From NCBI GenBank assembly GCA_001179505.1, contig CDMY01000258.1, positions 83,042 through 147,041 on the forward strand: 64,000 nt of DNA, in the 5' to 3' direction. The notes beneath the pieces were generated by a model. It searched no databases. It was not told where the DNA came from and was given only the letters and a program-made list of their open reading frames with translations. This document shows positions 1 to 16,171 of the stretch, one piece after another (position 1 is the first letter of the stretch; each line of letters begins with the position of its first letter). This DNA comes from Vitrella brassicaformis CCMP3155. Lineage: Eukaryota; Protista; Chromerida. The translations under genes were made by a program, and so were the position numbers.

Positions 1-2
1 AT

Positions 3-395
3 GAAGAGCTCTTTCCCGCCCTGCGGCCATATCCAGGCCTCCCGCGCGTCATTTACCCGCCATTTCCGCCGCCCCCCAACAACCCCAAGAAGCCATCGCA
101 CAAGAAGGCCACACGCCCGCAGCTTGTCCGTCCAATGACCACCGAGAAACCCAAGGTAGACTACATGGCATCACTCGGCAAGAGCCTGACGAAGCTGGTG
201 AAAGCGATGTTCCCGCCGAGGCAGCCCAACTTCAAGCTGCCTCCTCCAGAGGTCTTGTTCCCGCCCCCTCGGCCATATCCAGGCGGCCCCGTGGTGATGG
301 TGGGTGAGACGGTGCTGCCTCTCGTCGTCCCTGTGAGAGCTGGCGTCCTTCCCACATACCACGTGAGCACCTTGTCTCCCGTCATGGTCCGGTGA
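3..395 (+). CDS. 3' part of a Pro-rich hypothetical protein, 5'-truncated by the window edge
   Basis: Frame 3 is open from base 3 to the TGA at 393-395. The motif E-x-LFP-x2-RPYPG-x-P-x-V occurs twice (about nt 3-50 and 250-300). Confidence 0.5.
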   Translation, partial: EELFPALRPYPGLPRVIYPPFPPPPNNPKKPSHKKATRPQLVRPMTTEKPKVDYMASLGKSLTKLVKAMFPPRQPNFKLPPPEVLFPPPRPYPGGPVVMVGETVLPLVVPVRAGVLPTYHVSTLSPVMVR

Positions 396-1098
396 GGACG
401 AGGGACGGTACGAGGGGGGGAGATAGTGGTGGGTAGGCGTGTTAGTATAGCTCTGACGGGGGGAAACAGTCTGTCTCATAGGTTCCACCTTACCTTAGTG
501 GGTTTAGGAGTGGCTGGCTGGCTGGCAGAGAGGATTTCAGTCCTAGCTGCCTACCGTGCATCTCTCTCTACAGACACATCACATCCAGCCACTGACGGTA
601 CATGTGTGCAGGACAGGACCTGCTGCCGCCATAGATATGGTATGTCTCCGTTTGTTTGTGTGCCATGGATGCGATGGATGCGATGGATGCGATGCATGGC
701 AGCGGGACCGGCCGCATGTATTACATGGACATCTGCCTGTACGTGTGTTGGATGGGATACATGAGCCGCATGACGTGACCTGTCTTCGCTACTTGAATTG
801 ATTTCAACCTCATGTCAATCTTGCAGCTGTTCCTCTCTGTATGGATCCCTCTCTCTGCCTGTCGCGCCTTGGACAGGTTCAACAGTGCGTGTGCGGGTGC
901 ATTCATTCGCATCGTCCATCTGCACACTAATGTCTGTCTGATTTCTCATCCCATCCATCCCCCTAACTCGTTCGTCGGTTAGCTCTAAAATCAGCCGGCG
1001 AGCCAAGCCAAGCCCTCTCAGACAAATCTCCCGCCACCCATGCAATACAACACGACACTCATCCACTCCACGTGTCTGTCCATCCATCGTCTTGTCAG

Positions 1099-1956
1099 TC
1101 AGTCATCCTCGATGGGAATTTCCCAGGTGGGGTTCTTGGACATGCTGTCGAACGTGTCGCCGAACTGCTTCTTGTACACCTCGTCCTCATCCTGCAGCTC
1201 CAGCACCACATCAGACCTCGGGTAAGACACGCAGGTCAAGGCATACCCCGCCCTCTCCATCTCCCGCGTCAGCCCGATCTGCGGGTCCATCTTGACCTCC
1301 CCCTCCCTCACGCGCACCGCACACGTGGTGCAGCACCCATTGCGGCACATCTTCTTGATATTCTTGATCGGCGGCAGGTTCCGCGACTCCTCAAAGGAAA
1401 AGAAAATGTACCGGTCCTCGGGCACATCCTGGGTGTGCCGCTCGCCGCTGACCGGGTCGATGATGGTCACCTTGTACGTCTTGGCGTTTGGGTCGCCCGG
1501 CCAGGGCCCGCCCTTGTATGGCTTGATCCTGTCGCCCATCTCCCACTTCATGGGCGTGTCGTCGGCGTCACCATGCCATGGCCGGTACTCGCGGTCCTGG
1601 TGGAACCGGTAGGGGGAGGCCTCCTGCCATGACGGCTGCTGCTGCTCCTCCTCTGACTCGTCATCGTGTTGCGCATCCTCTTCTTGACCCGCATCTGCAG
1701 CTTCAAGCACATCAGCTGCTGCGGTGGTCACGTCGGCCGTCTTGCTGACAGTTGAGGAAAAGAGCCGGCTGCTGCTGCTGCCGCGGCCATGAGTCGTCAG
1801 CCGTAGTAGATGAGGCGGCCTCAAAGCAGCCATAAGGGGGATGTCGTTGCGGAGCGTTGATGACAGCGAAGAGGGGACGGTGAAGCTGCGGACGAAGGGC
1901 AGCGCCAGAAGGCCGCAGAGCCAGCACCAGCACAAGAGCGAACACGCCAACATCAT
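1099..1956 (-). CDS. FdC2: Plastid-targeted plant-type [2Fe-2S] ferredoxin, FdC2 subfamily (285 aa, intronless)
   Basis: CRNGCCTTCAVRV...YALTC cluster motif, VPEDRYI and a C-terminal QDEDEVY-x2-QFG tail, as in plant/cyanobacterial FdC2. ATG at 1956 opens a signal peptide (MMLACSLLCWCWLCGLLALPFVRS|F), followed by a Ser/Arg-rich transit peptide. Confidence 0.9.
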   Translation of the reverse strand: MMLACSLLCWCWLCGLLALPFVRSFTVPSSLSSTLRNDIPLMAALRPPHLLRLTTHGRGSSSSRLFSSTVSKTADVTTAAADVLEAADAGQEEDAQHDDESEEEQQQPSWQEASPYRFHQDREYRPWHGDADDTPMKWEMGDRIKPYKGGPWPGDPNAKTYKVTIIDPVSGERHTQDVPEDRYIFFSFEESRNLPPIKNIKKMCRNGCCTTCAVRVREGEVKMDPQIGLTREMERAGYALTCVSYPRSDVVLELQDEDEVYKKQFGDTFDSMSKNPTWEIPIEDD

Positions 1957-2587
1957 GCTTGTCAGAGGGACAGCGCAGATCTTGTCGTATGGGACATAGG
2001 TCTCGTCAAGCGTTCCCGCCACATGCCGTGGCACAGCAGCGGTTTCAGGTGGCACCCTAGGCTGCCTGACGGCTGGCGCAAGTCTGGAGAAACACAATAA
2101 CCAACCGACCAACCAGGCATGAAATACGCTTCAGATCTCGCCATCAGTTGAGAACAGCTGCTGCTGCTGCTGCTGCCGCAGATCTCCCATCTCCATTCGC
2201 CGGCACCTCACGCCAGTCACGATGCAGCCCACTGGTGCACCGCCCTTACCCCGTCCCCCCGGCCCTCCCCTTTGCCAGCCACCGAAGATGCTTGACATCA
2301 CCATCAGCAAGGCAGCCCGCATGGCGAGGTCGCCTCTCTGCTCACAGATCGGCACTTCAACTCGGCACGAACAGGAGCGGCTGGGTGACGCGTGAGAGAA
2401 GCACCGCCGCGAAAGATTGGCCGCCCGCCAGTCGTCTGCGACCAGAGGCGGTCGGTTTGATCCTGCCCGTCTCTGTCTAAGCAACCAGTGCCTGCGAGAG
2501 GCCGAGTGCGTCATCGAGATGCGGAGCGCGGCCTGGTGCGGCTTACACCCTTTCTCGCCGTGCTGCGACCTCCAGAGCCTCTCGCAG

Positions 2588-3855
2588 ATGAGGGAGCCGG
2601 CGGCACTTGGCACGGGCGACGATGATCCTGTTCCGCTGGAGATGGACTCTCCATCACCTTACGCAGTGTCGGTGGTGTCCGTGGAATCGGGGGTGTGCGA
2701 GAGTCGGCTTGACCTTGAGCAGAAGGTCGGCCTCGAGTCGACCGTCTCGGCCGAGACAGTCGGCAGCCTCGACAAGGCTCAGTGGGGCTTTTACGTGCTT
2801 CAGGTCGGCAGTCTTACGTTCTGGTTGGTGGACCGGCCCTTCGTGTACTGCACCCACGGCTGGGTGATCCCGCTGTTCTCCGTCTACTGGCTGCTGGGAG
2901 CGATCTATGCCTCCCCAGCCCTGCCCGCGTGGCTCTCCGCCGTCATCTTGGCCTTCGTCCCTGCCGTCTGGCTTACAACTCTCGTGGTCAAGCAGCTGCC
3001 TCCCCGATCGCGGATCGTCATGCCTGCCCTCACCATTATGTTCATCTACTCGGGGCTCTGCGTGGCCGCCCCATATTTCTCGCCCTTTGGGGCGTTCAAC
3101 ACCTTCTTGTGGATGGTACGCGAGTTGATCGTGAATGTTGTACGTCGTGGGAAGCTGGAATGTTGTACGCCGTGTCCGTGTCTCAGGTGGGAGCTGCCTT
3201 ATTCTTCGCCCATATGTTTGCCCATGTTGCCGTGCCGAGAGCCTATCCAGTGCCTCCTCCTGCCGCCTCAGACTCTAGCGCACCTTCGTCCCGCCACACG
3301 AGCCGTTGGTTCCGCGTGCAGCCGTCGGCTAACGCGTCGCAGTACAGCCTGCCGGCCTACGAAGCTTCCGCGCTCTTTCAGTTTGTGCGACGCGCCGTCT
3401 ACCAGAATCCCTGGCTGACCCACTGCCCTCAGGTGAACGCCGTCGCAGTTGAACGGCTCGTCCGATTTGCCGGTTGGGCGATTATGGGGATCGACTTTGT
3501 GTCGGACCTCGCGTTGGGCCTCGAGTTTATGGCTCGCGGCCTTATAGGGGTAGGGATCGTCATCATCGCATGTGCTATGCCGGATGCCGTGACGCAGAAT
3601 ACGCAGTACTACATGCGGCCACTCGAGACTCTGACGGTGCGCCAGAGCCTATTGGTATTCGGCCTGGCGGTCATTGAAGTGCCGATTGTGGTGTTGGCTT
3701 TGGTATACGGGCCTGGAGGCGATACGGCCCTCTACGCGATATCGGCGGCCTTGGCGAGCGCGATGGTGCTGGTGCGAGGAGGGCTGCTCACTGCGAGGCT
3801 GCTGGAAGTTCACCGGGGAGACGGCGAAAAGAAGGGACCCACAGCCAGGGGCTAG
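2588..3855 (+). CDS. Multi-pass membrane protein of unknown family (2 exons, ~398 aa)
   Basis: Two overlapping ORFs join in frame through a GT-AG intron at 3116-3186 (FLWM|VGAALFF). About 8-9 hydrophobic segments. Confidence 0.7.
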
Positions 3856-5134
3856 CTGACAGACGATGCTGATGGTGTTTTGTTGAAGCTGTGATGACCA
3901 GTGTTGGGAAGGACTGAGGGAGAGAGGCCCCCTACAGAGCATCGTACGAAGGAAGGCAGGCAGGCAGATGGGTGTACATGTGGCTGATCTGGGTCCTCCA
4001 TGGATGTCTGCCGAGTGAGATGATGCATGCAGCTGTTCTCCCAGCCCAATGGGTCAGAGGATTTTGGTGCGTACCCCTTCGCGTCTATGTACGTCTATGC
4101 AAAGAGCGGGGACCGACTTTTTGTTGGCATTGGTGTTTCTGCTTGTGTAGGAGGGACTGTTTGACAGGAGCAGTATCCTTTCTGGATGTGCTTGAATATG
4201 TATTCTTTGACTGTGCTGAAGGGCCTGTCTGTGTACAAATGGAAAGGTGTGTATACCAGACACGCATCACTGAAGTGTCTGTCTGTCGCGTCCATCCATC
4301 CATCCCTTCTAGCTATGCAGCTAGAATCAGGCTGCAGTGAGTGGTGATATGAGTGATATGGTCCTTGTTCGTGTCTTTATGGAAAGACAGACAGACAGAC
4401 AGACAGTTTTCGCCAAATTGCCCTACACGACCGGGTCGGCCGCTGACAACCAGACGCGCACCTTGGGGGTCTGGGTTGGTTGTTTTGACACCTTTCCCTT
4501 TTCATTGTGTCTTTTTGCGTGTTGTGTTTTCCATGGGAACACATGGGAACACACTGGATGCCATTGGATGGATGGATGGATGCATGGACGGGTCAATGGG
4601 CGTGGCGTGCCTATCTGTCTTTGCATCCCAGCACTGCAAAGATCATAAATATGTTATCTATGTGGGTGCGGTGTGTGCATCTCTCTCGGAACATGAATCA
4701 ACCGCATTGTGTGTGACTGACAAATAGAGACATCCACTCACTCACTCCATGAAAAAGAGCCACGGCGCTCGTCTCGTCATCGCAACCAATGACCTCCACC
4801 GCCCATGCACACATACAGTACACTGACCGACTGACTGAAGCAGACACAGGCCAGCCTTCGATCACAGCTCGTCTCGTCCCATCTGCCATGCCACCAGCTT
4901 GAGTGACAATTACCCACCAACACACCACACCACAACCAGCCGTCCAGCCGGGGGCACACACCTCGCCCATCGATCACGCCTGCCCTCCTGTCGGATAAGC
5001 ATGGTAACACAGAATGCGCCTGACACACGCACACACACAGAGAGAGAGAGAGAGAGAGACGGTCCGTCTCATCCCGTTCCAATGCATGAAGGCATTCATT
5101 CCGTCCGTCCCACAGCACTCACTGACTGACTCCC

Positions 5135-8100
5135 TTACTTGTTCTGCGTCATGACATATATGCGGAGGTAGGGCGTCTCCATCTGCGGCCCGCCCATCAG
5201 CCCGAAGGGCATTGGGTGAGACGCCAGACCCTCACCCTCCCGCTCCCTGTCCAGCGTCACATAGTCACGGGCGCCGGTGCCACCCTCCTGCCCCTCTCGA
5301 CGACCCACAATCGCAGCCACGGCCACGCCACACAGCGACTCGTACCACCCCTCTGGACGCTGCTGCTGCTGGCCCCTGCCGTCGTCTTGCTGCTCGTCAG
5401 CTGTGGGGATGGGAATGTGGTCGCCGGCCTCTGTCACGACATGGGGCTCGTCATGGGCGGCGTCGCGTGGCCGCCTTGCCTGTCCAGTGGCGGTGTCCTG
5501 CACGGCAGCCGTCAGACCTAGCAGACGGCCTAAGAGCGCCGCCCCTCTGCCGCGATGGGGGGACCCTTCTGCCCCCTCACCATCCTGCTCTCGCGCTGGC
5601 CTCTCCCGCCGCAGCAGCAGGGTGCGCTGGCCGAAACGGACCGCCATCTCGCTCGCAGTAGTGTCGCCCCCATTGCCGCCATTGCCGCCATTGCCGCCAT
5701 TGCCGGAGACGGTGCCGGGGTCGACTTGTCTGCGGTAGTCCATGACGCGGCAGTTGGCCTTGAAGTAGAGCCGTTGGGTGTGCTTGCAGCGGATGATTGA
5801 GTAGACTAGGACGGGGGGGCCGCGCTTGGATGCAGTGACAAGGACGCCCAGCTGCGGGACCCACTCGAAGAAGGAGAGTCTGTTGAGGCCGCCCACCTGG
5901 AAGCGGGTGGGCTGCCCGGCCCACACGTTCATCACACGAGCCTGGGTTATGTATGGGTGGACACATAAACAAACAAACGAAGAAGACGTGTGTCTTGGTT
6001 GGGTGCGTCATTCTGTTCGCTGGTTGGCTGGTTGATTGCTCTAACACCCACCCACCTTGAGGCTGAGAGTGCATCGATACCCTCCCCCACCACCACCACC
6101 ACCACCAGCCCCACTCGCAGATGACGCGGCGGGCTCGTCCATCTCTGCCGTCCGTTGCTCGTCGGCTGCGGCCAGTCGCTGCTCCTCCTGGTCAGCCACC
6201 TCCATCATGATCTCGCGCATTGTCTGGCCCCTCTCACCCTCGCTCTCGGCCTCACCACCACGAGCCGCCCCCTCCCCACCTCCACCACCCCCACCTCTGA
6301 ATGGCTGCAGACATCGGCTGACCGCATCTTTGAGCCTCTCGGCCACCCTCTTGCCGCCGCCGTCGATGTGTGCGTCGGTCTGGTTGAAGTCAGGCTTCAT
6401 CAGATAGAGGGCCGCCTGAGATGACCCCACTAGCAGCCAATCGGAGAGCCGCCTGGCCTCGCCCGCAGTGACGGTGGGCGTGGTGTGTGTGGCGGCGTGC
6501 TGGGGGGCGGCATGGCGCATGTGGAAGGGCCCGTTGAGGCTGTAGTCGATGGTCTCGTCGTCGGAGGGCTCCTCTCCGCCGTCGTCTTGGACGACAACCA
6601 TGTCGTGGGGGCTGCTGTCGTCCTCGCCGCCATCGTCGTGCTCGGGATGGTCGCCGTGCACGAGCGCCTGGTGCCAGTCGTCAGGCACCTGCAGGTGGGC
6701 GGGGAACAGCGCCGCCAAACTGATGGGCGTGCAAGGGAGAGAGAGAGAGAGTGACAACACACACATCCACATCACAGCCAAGTGGGTGGATGGATGCGTT
6801 CCTCTCTCTGCGATCGCCCACTTACTCTATCGGCTCGTGCAGCGCGTCCTCAGGGCGGGGACGCAGCGCGTCCGCCCAATGGGCGTCTGCATCCGCATGA
6901 GGCGCCTCTGCGTCCCCGCCCTGCGGCTCGCCACCCTCGTAGCTGTCCATCATGCCGTTGTCGGCCCCCTCCTCCTCACCCTCCGCCTCACGCGCATCCA
7001 TGAAGGCGTCCTCAGAGCTTTCTCCATCGTCATGCATCTCCAATGCCGACCGGTCGCCGTTGCGGATCTCCGCCAGGATCTCGTGCACGGCCTCGCTGGC
7101 TCGCCTGAAGTCCTCTTCGCTCATGGGATGAGGTTCCCCCGACGATGATGCTGCTGCTGCTGCTGCCGGTGCAGGTGCCTCGTGGCTTCTCGTCTGCTCT
7201 TCCTCGGCTTCTGCTGCCTGTCCTGGTTGATCGGTGTTCCCTGCACCGATGTCGCCACTAGGTGCCGGCGAAGCGGCAGCATCGCTTTCTGGCCTCACCC
7301 GTGCCAGCACCAACACGTGATGCGGCCGGGACGGCTCGTCTGGTGGGTGTGGGACGGCGTCTGTCCTCTCGGGCGTGCCCGCAACGAGTCGCTCCTGGTG
7401 CTCCCGCCGCGCCGCTATGAACTGCCCGATTGAGTAGCGCCGCTCATGGATGCCGCCGTCTGCCGCAGGCTCATCTGATGATGCCGCCGCTGGTGGTGGT
7501 GGTGGTGAGTGTGTTGGGCTGAGAGGGTCGTGCTCTGAGGGGTTGAGAGAGAGTGCGGAAGCGGGCCGGGGAGGTGTGTGTCTGTCGCTGCTGCTGTGGC
7601 CGTGGTCGGGGGGCCGGTAGGGTGTGGTCTCGGGGGTGGAGGGGAGGGAGGGGGGCAGCCTGTCCGCTGCTGCCTGCCGAGCCTGCATTCATTCAGTCAT
7701 CCATCCATCCATCCATCCATGGAAAGATAAAGGAGCGTGTCTGTGTCTGTCTGCTTGATGTGGTATGTGTTGTGCAATGACCTCACCCTATGTCTCTCTG
7801 CGGCCGGGAAGGAGGACGAGTGTGCGATGGCTGCCGCGGAGGGCAGCATCTCGCGCAGCTCGGACTCGATGGCCGCCTGCAGCGTCGACCGAAACTGTGG
7901 ATTCTGCACACATTCAGACATGACATCAACAAAACGGAGAGCATACCAGGAGGATCTGCTGTATTGCGTGCACACGTGTGTGTGTGTGTGTGGGGATGGT
8001 CACCATGAAGAGGCCAAATGCGTATTCGTCGCCGATTTCGTTGCCCAGCTGCTGACGGGTCAGCAAAGACGATGATTGACTACCCCTCTGACACACGCGC

Positions 8101-9705
8101 ACACCCACACCCACACCCACACACACACACATGCAGCCAATACAAACTACATGCACACGCCTCTCCCCTCCCCTCTCTCTGTGCCACCCACCCACCCGTT
8201 CTTCAATGGCCCTTCTGATGAGGGGTCGCCTGTATGCCCTCTCCATCTCATTGGGAAACCTCTCCAGCCACTGCGCTATCAGCGGATGGATCTCATTCCG
8301 ATTCAGCAGCCGACCCACGCGCAGTGGAGGACACCCCAGAAAGATAGGACCACCACCTCCACCTCCACCTCCACCACCGTCCCTCGACAGCTCCGAAAAT
8401 GACCGTGCGATGACCGATGACGACTGCCGCTGAGACTCGCCATCTGCCGATACTGCTGCTGCCGCTGGGGGCGGTAGGGGTGCGATGGGAGGTGTTCTGC
8501 GCCACCTGGATGTGCGCATGAAGGGCGCCCTGAGGGGCGGGTGCGGGTGTGGGTGGCCGGCCAGGTCTGCCAGAGGCCCTGTGCGTGTGAGGGAGGACCA
8601 TGCTAGCCGCATTCGGGGGGGCAGCCGGAGGCTGCGAGAGAGGTCGACCTGAGTGAAGGTCGGTAGGAGAACGGACGAGTGTGTAGGTGTGTGTCATGGT
8701 TGGCTGTGTGTGGTGTGTGTGTACCTCAGGAATGTCGTCTTTGTGGACCCATCGAATGCCCCACCCCCACTCGGCGATGCGATAAATGCCCAAACACTCA
8801 CCACGAGCAGCGTGCCTACACACACACACACACACACACATCCATCCATCCCCTCCACGCCCCACGTGGCCCACTCTGGTACCACAGCCGAAAGGTCCCA
8901 TCTATAGAGGCCGATGCCAGATAGTCGCAGCTCTCCGGATACCCCGGGCAGTAGGCGATAGACGGGATGTTGTGGCCATGCCCCACCAGCCGGTGCGGCG
9001 TCTGGTCCTCAGAACCGCTCAGATTCCACTCAGTGACCACGTGGGCGTTGCTGCCCACGGCGAGGATGGGCCCCTGTGAGGGCCTCGGGCGGGCGGCCGC
9101 CGAGATGCTCCAGGTGGAGTCGTCCTCGTTGGTGTAGACGTTGTGGAAAATGATGGGGTCGCGGTTCTCGCGGATGAACTGCAGCGGGTAGATGCGCACC
9201 TGATGGACGGCACGGACACAAGAGACAGGGCCATTCTCTCTCCCTCTCTGTGAGTGAGTGAGTGGATGGGTGGACAGACACCTGCGCCCGCATGGTGACG
9301 ACGATGAGGCTCTCGGTGTCGCCGCAGATCTCGACAGTGATCTGGTTGATCTCCCCCGCCTCCTCGTCGACCTGCAGCCAACGCCACGGAGCCGGACCCT
9401 CCTGCAAACGATCTGACAGACAGACAGACAGATGCGCAGGTACACAGACCAATGCACACACAACCGGGTTTGTCAGTCAACATCACTCACCGGCCGGCGG
9501 CAGCTTCTTTCTCTTCTTGGGCGGCATGTTTGCAGGGTCGTCGATAAAGCGGCCGGTGGACCGGCTCACCCGGAACACAAACACCTGATGGATTGATTGA
9601 CGCACACAGACGGGGAGAGAGAAAAGGAGGAGCACGTGTGTGTGCAAGGACAAGCAGGCAGGCAGGCAGGCCTCGTCTGTCTGCGTCTGTCTGTCTGTCT
9701 GTCTG

Positions 9706-9737
<32 letters not shown>

Positions 9738-10083
9738 ATCTGTAATCTCGTCAGGTCGCTCACTTTGGAGAGTGCGCCAGCGAAGAGGAGTGAGTGGTCT
9801 GCACTCAGCGCCAGCACATTCATGGCCGCCACCGGCAGCACGTCGTTCATCAGCGGCGCACGCACCGAAAACACCTGCCAGGGATGGAGGGATATATGAG
9901 CCAACACACGGGGTGTTGGTCACAACCAGGCCAACAGACAGAGAGAGAGAGAGATAAGAAACACACGTGCGATGGATGGGCGGATGAATGGATGGATGTG
10001 AGTGAGTCATCGACAGCGGCCAACTCTGAGGGCATTTGCAGCCACCCTCGGGCACCCACCTGATGCACCTCGAAGGGCTCCAT
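5135..10083 (-). CDS. CRT10: CRT10-like WD40 beta-propeller protein, multi-exon, with low-complexity insertions
   Basis: Exons encode ILAVGSNAHVVTEWNL, LVGHGHNIPSIAY..YLASASIDGTFRLW and LNRLSFFEWVPQLGVLVTASKRG, resembling CRT10-family motifs. Putative first exon MEPFEVHQ at 10083-10060 with a GT donor. Stop at 5135. Internal exon boundaries only partly resolved. Confidence 0.68.
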
Positions 10084-10202
10084 CGGCCGCACAAGCAACA
10101 GATGAGATGAGATGAGATCACACGAGTTCGGTCGGACGGACGATGGTCACGCCATCTTCTGCCTGCCGTTTTCACAGGAGATCGGACTGGTGTGCCTCAG
10201 CC

Positions 10203-12970
<2,768 letters not shown>

Positions 12971-15900
12971 TGCATGAGACCACATACGAGGGTGGGGAGG
13001 GAGACGGGGAGGGGGAGGAGGATGGCGAGCGCGTCAGCCCCTCCCGCTCGAGCACTCTCTGCCCGGGCTGAGTGACGGGCGGGCTGGCGGTTTTGCATAC
13101 CTACTATGCAATGCAATGCAATCAGTAAGTATATCCATCCTCCCATCTATCTTTCCATCCATCCATTGATGCATCGACCACACACATCGGATCCATCCAA
13201 TCCAGGAAGGGATGAGGCATACCATACCTGGTGGGCTAATGAGTGTGTGCGTGAGTGAGGCCATGAAGGTGTGCGTCATTGGAATGGATCGGTGGGGAGG
13301 TGCCTGTCTGCCTGTCTGCCTGAGTTCCGGCGCAGCTGCTGATATTGCTGATGAATGGTGACTGCCATGATGACTGACTGGATGCTCAATCGGTAGGTGC
13401 CTGCCTGCCTGCCTGCCTCCCGGCGGCTGGCCCCTTTTCCCGTTTTGTTTTTTCGTTTTGGTTCATTTGCCTCGTTTGACGGACGGATGACATCCAGCTA
13501 CTTGGCTAACAGCGCGGGACAGGAGGGATCGCTGGATACATGGATGGAGGGATGGACTGATGGATGGATGGATGCGATGCATGGGTGGCTTGCAGAGAGA
13601 CGTAGCTGGGCACGTGCAGGCGAGAGCCATGCACTTTTTTCCCTGCTTAAGACAAGACGAAAGAGGAGAGAGAGAAGAGCGCGGTGAGTGCCGTCTGTCT
13701 CTGTCTGTCTGTCGGTCTGTCTTGTGTGGTGTGTGCGCTCGTGTGGGGGCCCTTCTCTCCTCTCGGACGAGCTCGCGCACCTCGATGATGCATCTCGCAG
13801 ATGGGGATGCATTGTCCAGGTGCGCTTGGTGCGCCTGTGGGAAGGAGGCACCACACTGTTGTGCTGAGACTGTCCGATTGAGTGCCTACCTACTGGTATG
13901 TCTGTGTGTATACGTGTTGCATCTCAATCTGTCTGTATTTGTGTGGCTGACTGACTGACTGTCTCGTGTCTCGGTTGGTGCCTGCTCGTTGTTCGTCTGT
14001 CGTTTATCTTGGTCCCATTATATATTCCTTGGTGTGTGGATGACTGCGCATGGCCGACACACACACATACACACATACTAACTGACATACCTCTCTGGGA
14101 GTACACACGGGCGGGGCGGGGCGCCGCTTTATGCATTGGATCCATGGATGGATGGATGGGTAGATGGATGGATGGATGACGGACGGCGGCTGTGTCTGTG
14201 TGTATATAGAGTCTGAGTGCGTGCAGTGCAGATGGGCACCAGCGAACCGACAAACGAACGATGGGCCAGCTGGCTTTTTCTGCGTGCGGCGGTGGGCCAA
14301 TCTGCCCGCCATCGGCACAACACGTGTGTGTATGTGGGTGTGGGTGTACAGGACTCTCGATAGATAGACAGACGACAGGATTTTTTCTAACTTATCCTCG
14401 TCTGTCTATGGTTGATTTGTTGCACCCACCCTTGCACCGCACCCTCCCTGCAGCTGCTGCTGTGTTCCTTTCCTTTCTTTCGTTTCCTTTCTCACCACAT
14501 CCATCCATCCATCCATTCATTGTTCCACTCCCCCGCTCAAGTCAGTCACTCGTTTGGCAATTTTGTTTTGTCGCATTCTTGTGTGTTTGCCTCACCCCCA
14601 CGCACCCCCATGGCCAATAGATAGATCACTGGGAGGGAGGGAGGGAGGGTTGGGGCATTCCATCCATCTGTGTGTGTGGTGTAACTTTCTAACAGCTGCC
14701 GTGACGTTAATGCTGCCTGACTGTCTGTCTGTCTGCCTGGGCAACGGCGTTGAGCCAGCCAACCGACAGTGTGGTGTGCTGTCTGCCGACATACATAGCC
14801 AGAAGCGAATTTGTGGACAGGGCAGAACGCTCCACACCCACACTCACACCCACACTCACTCTCATAGCACACACAAGCGCACACACGTGTTCCCGAAGGG
14901 AAGAGACACAGGCGAGAGGAGAGAGGGATGGGGAGAGAGATTGCCTGCGGTGGGTGATTTGTGGTGAGAGTGATGGGGTGGTTTTGATGCCTGCCTGCCG
15001 CCCATGTCATGTGTGACACACTGACTGAGCCCATTGCCGGCTTGGTTTTGCCCTTTTGATAAGCTAAGCTCGTGGATAAATACGAGAGCTGACTGGCCCC
15101 TTCGCCAGTGCATCTGGCGCTGGATTATCGTTGTGATTATGGCTGTGCGGGAATTCGCATACTGCTGCTGCTGCGAGTATTATAGCTGGGTATTGTCTGT
15201 GTGATGTCCACCCCTCCTCTCATTCCTTGTGTGTGCGTGCGGTGCCCGTCCCACCCCCACCCTGAACCCCCCACCACCCCCTCTCACCTCAGCTCACCTC
15301 AGCTCAGCTCAGCTCACCCAATGGCAGTTTTTCAACCACCAGCAGCATCAACCACATGCTGCTGGACTGCCTGCCTGTCTACCTTCCTGTCTGTCTGCCT
15401 TGTTGGCGTGTTGGGAGAGAGAGAGGGGGGGGGGGTTGAAGAAGGTGATGGGGCATTTTTCACCTCGCTATGGATGGTTGGAGGGAGGGGTCGATCCTGA
15501 GCGGCGGCATGTGTGTCTGCCTGATGCTCGAGTATTACACACACACGTGATGTCTGTCTGGTGTTGAGAGCGTATGACGTACGTGTCGATTGACCAGCAA
15601 GTGAGAGAGAGAGGGGCGGAAGAGAGGGAGAGAGGGAGGGCCTGCATACCCACACAGGTGCACACAGGAGGGGAGGGGGACGGACTCATGAGGTTTGTTG
15701 CCTGTTTGTGCGTGTGGTGCATCCATCCAATGCGTGTCGATGGAATTGGCTCGGTGCCGGGCATGTGTGCGTGCATCATGGCATGCATGACACACGTGCA
15801 AGCGGCCGAGAGCTCTCTACCTCGTTAATAGATAGCCACACCACCTGCCACACACACATGTCTCTCTCTCTCTGTCTCTCTCTGACGGTCTGTAATTCAT

Positions 15901-16171
15901 TCATTCCATGTGTGGAGGGGGAGCTACATGAGTATGTGTCTGTGTCCAATATTGAACACAGCCGTATCGGATCGCTTTACACTTTTGCATGTTTTTGTTT
16001 GAATCAAGGTCGGAAGGTTCAGCGACGATGAAACCTACAAGTTTACAACCTGGCCGCAAAACGCTTTGTTGGCCGCGAACCCTTGGAGCTGTTTTGCTGT
16101 TTTTCTCCATCCCCCGCCGCATATCGTCACTTCCCACGGGCTGTTTGCTCACCGGTCCCGTCGCGAGTGTC

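Noticed and set aside
400-1090. Short ORFs with MRWMRWM or HPSIHP-like text, here and throughout the window
   Set aside because: They are translations of (GATG)n, (GACA)n and (TG)n microsatellites in introns and UTRs.
1957-2112. Upstream extension of the ferredoxin ORF to 2112
   Set aside because: It uses a non-ATG start; the ATG at 1956 directly opens a clean signal peptide.
2588-3855. Possible rhodopsin
   Set aside because: No retinal-binding Lys in a final helix and no RYxDW-type motif.
13000-16100. Scattered exon-like fragments
   Set aside because: I could not assemble a phase-consistent gene or recognise any motif; most of the region is microsatellite-rich spacer.
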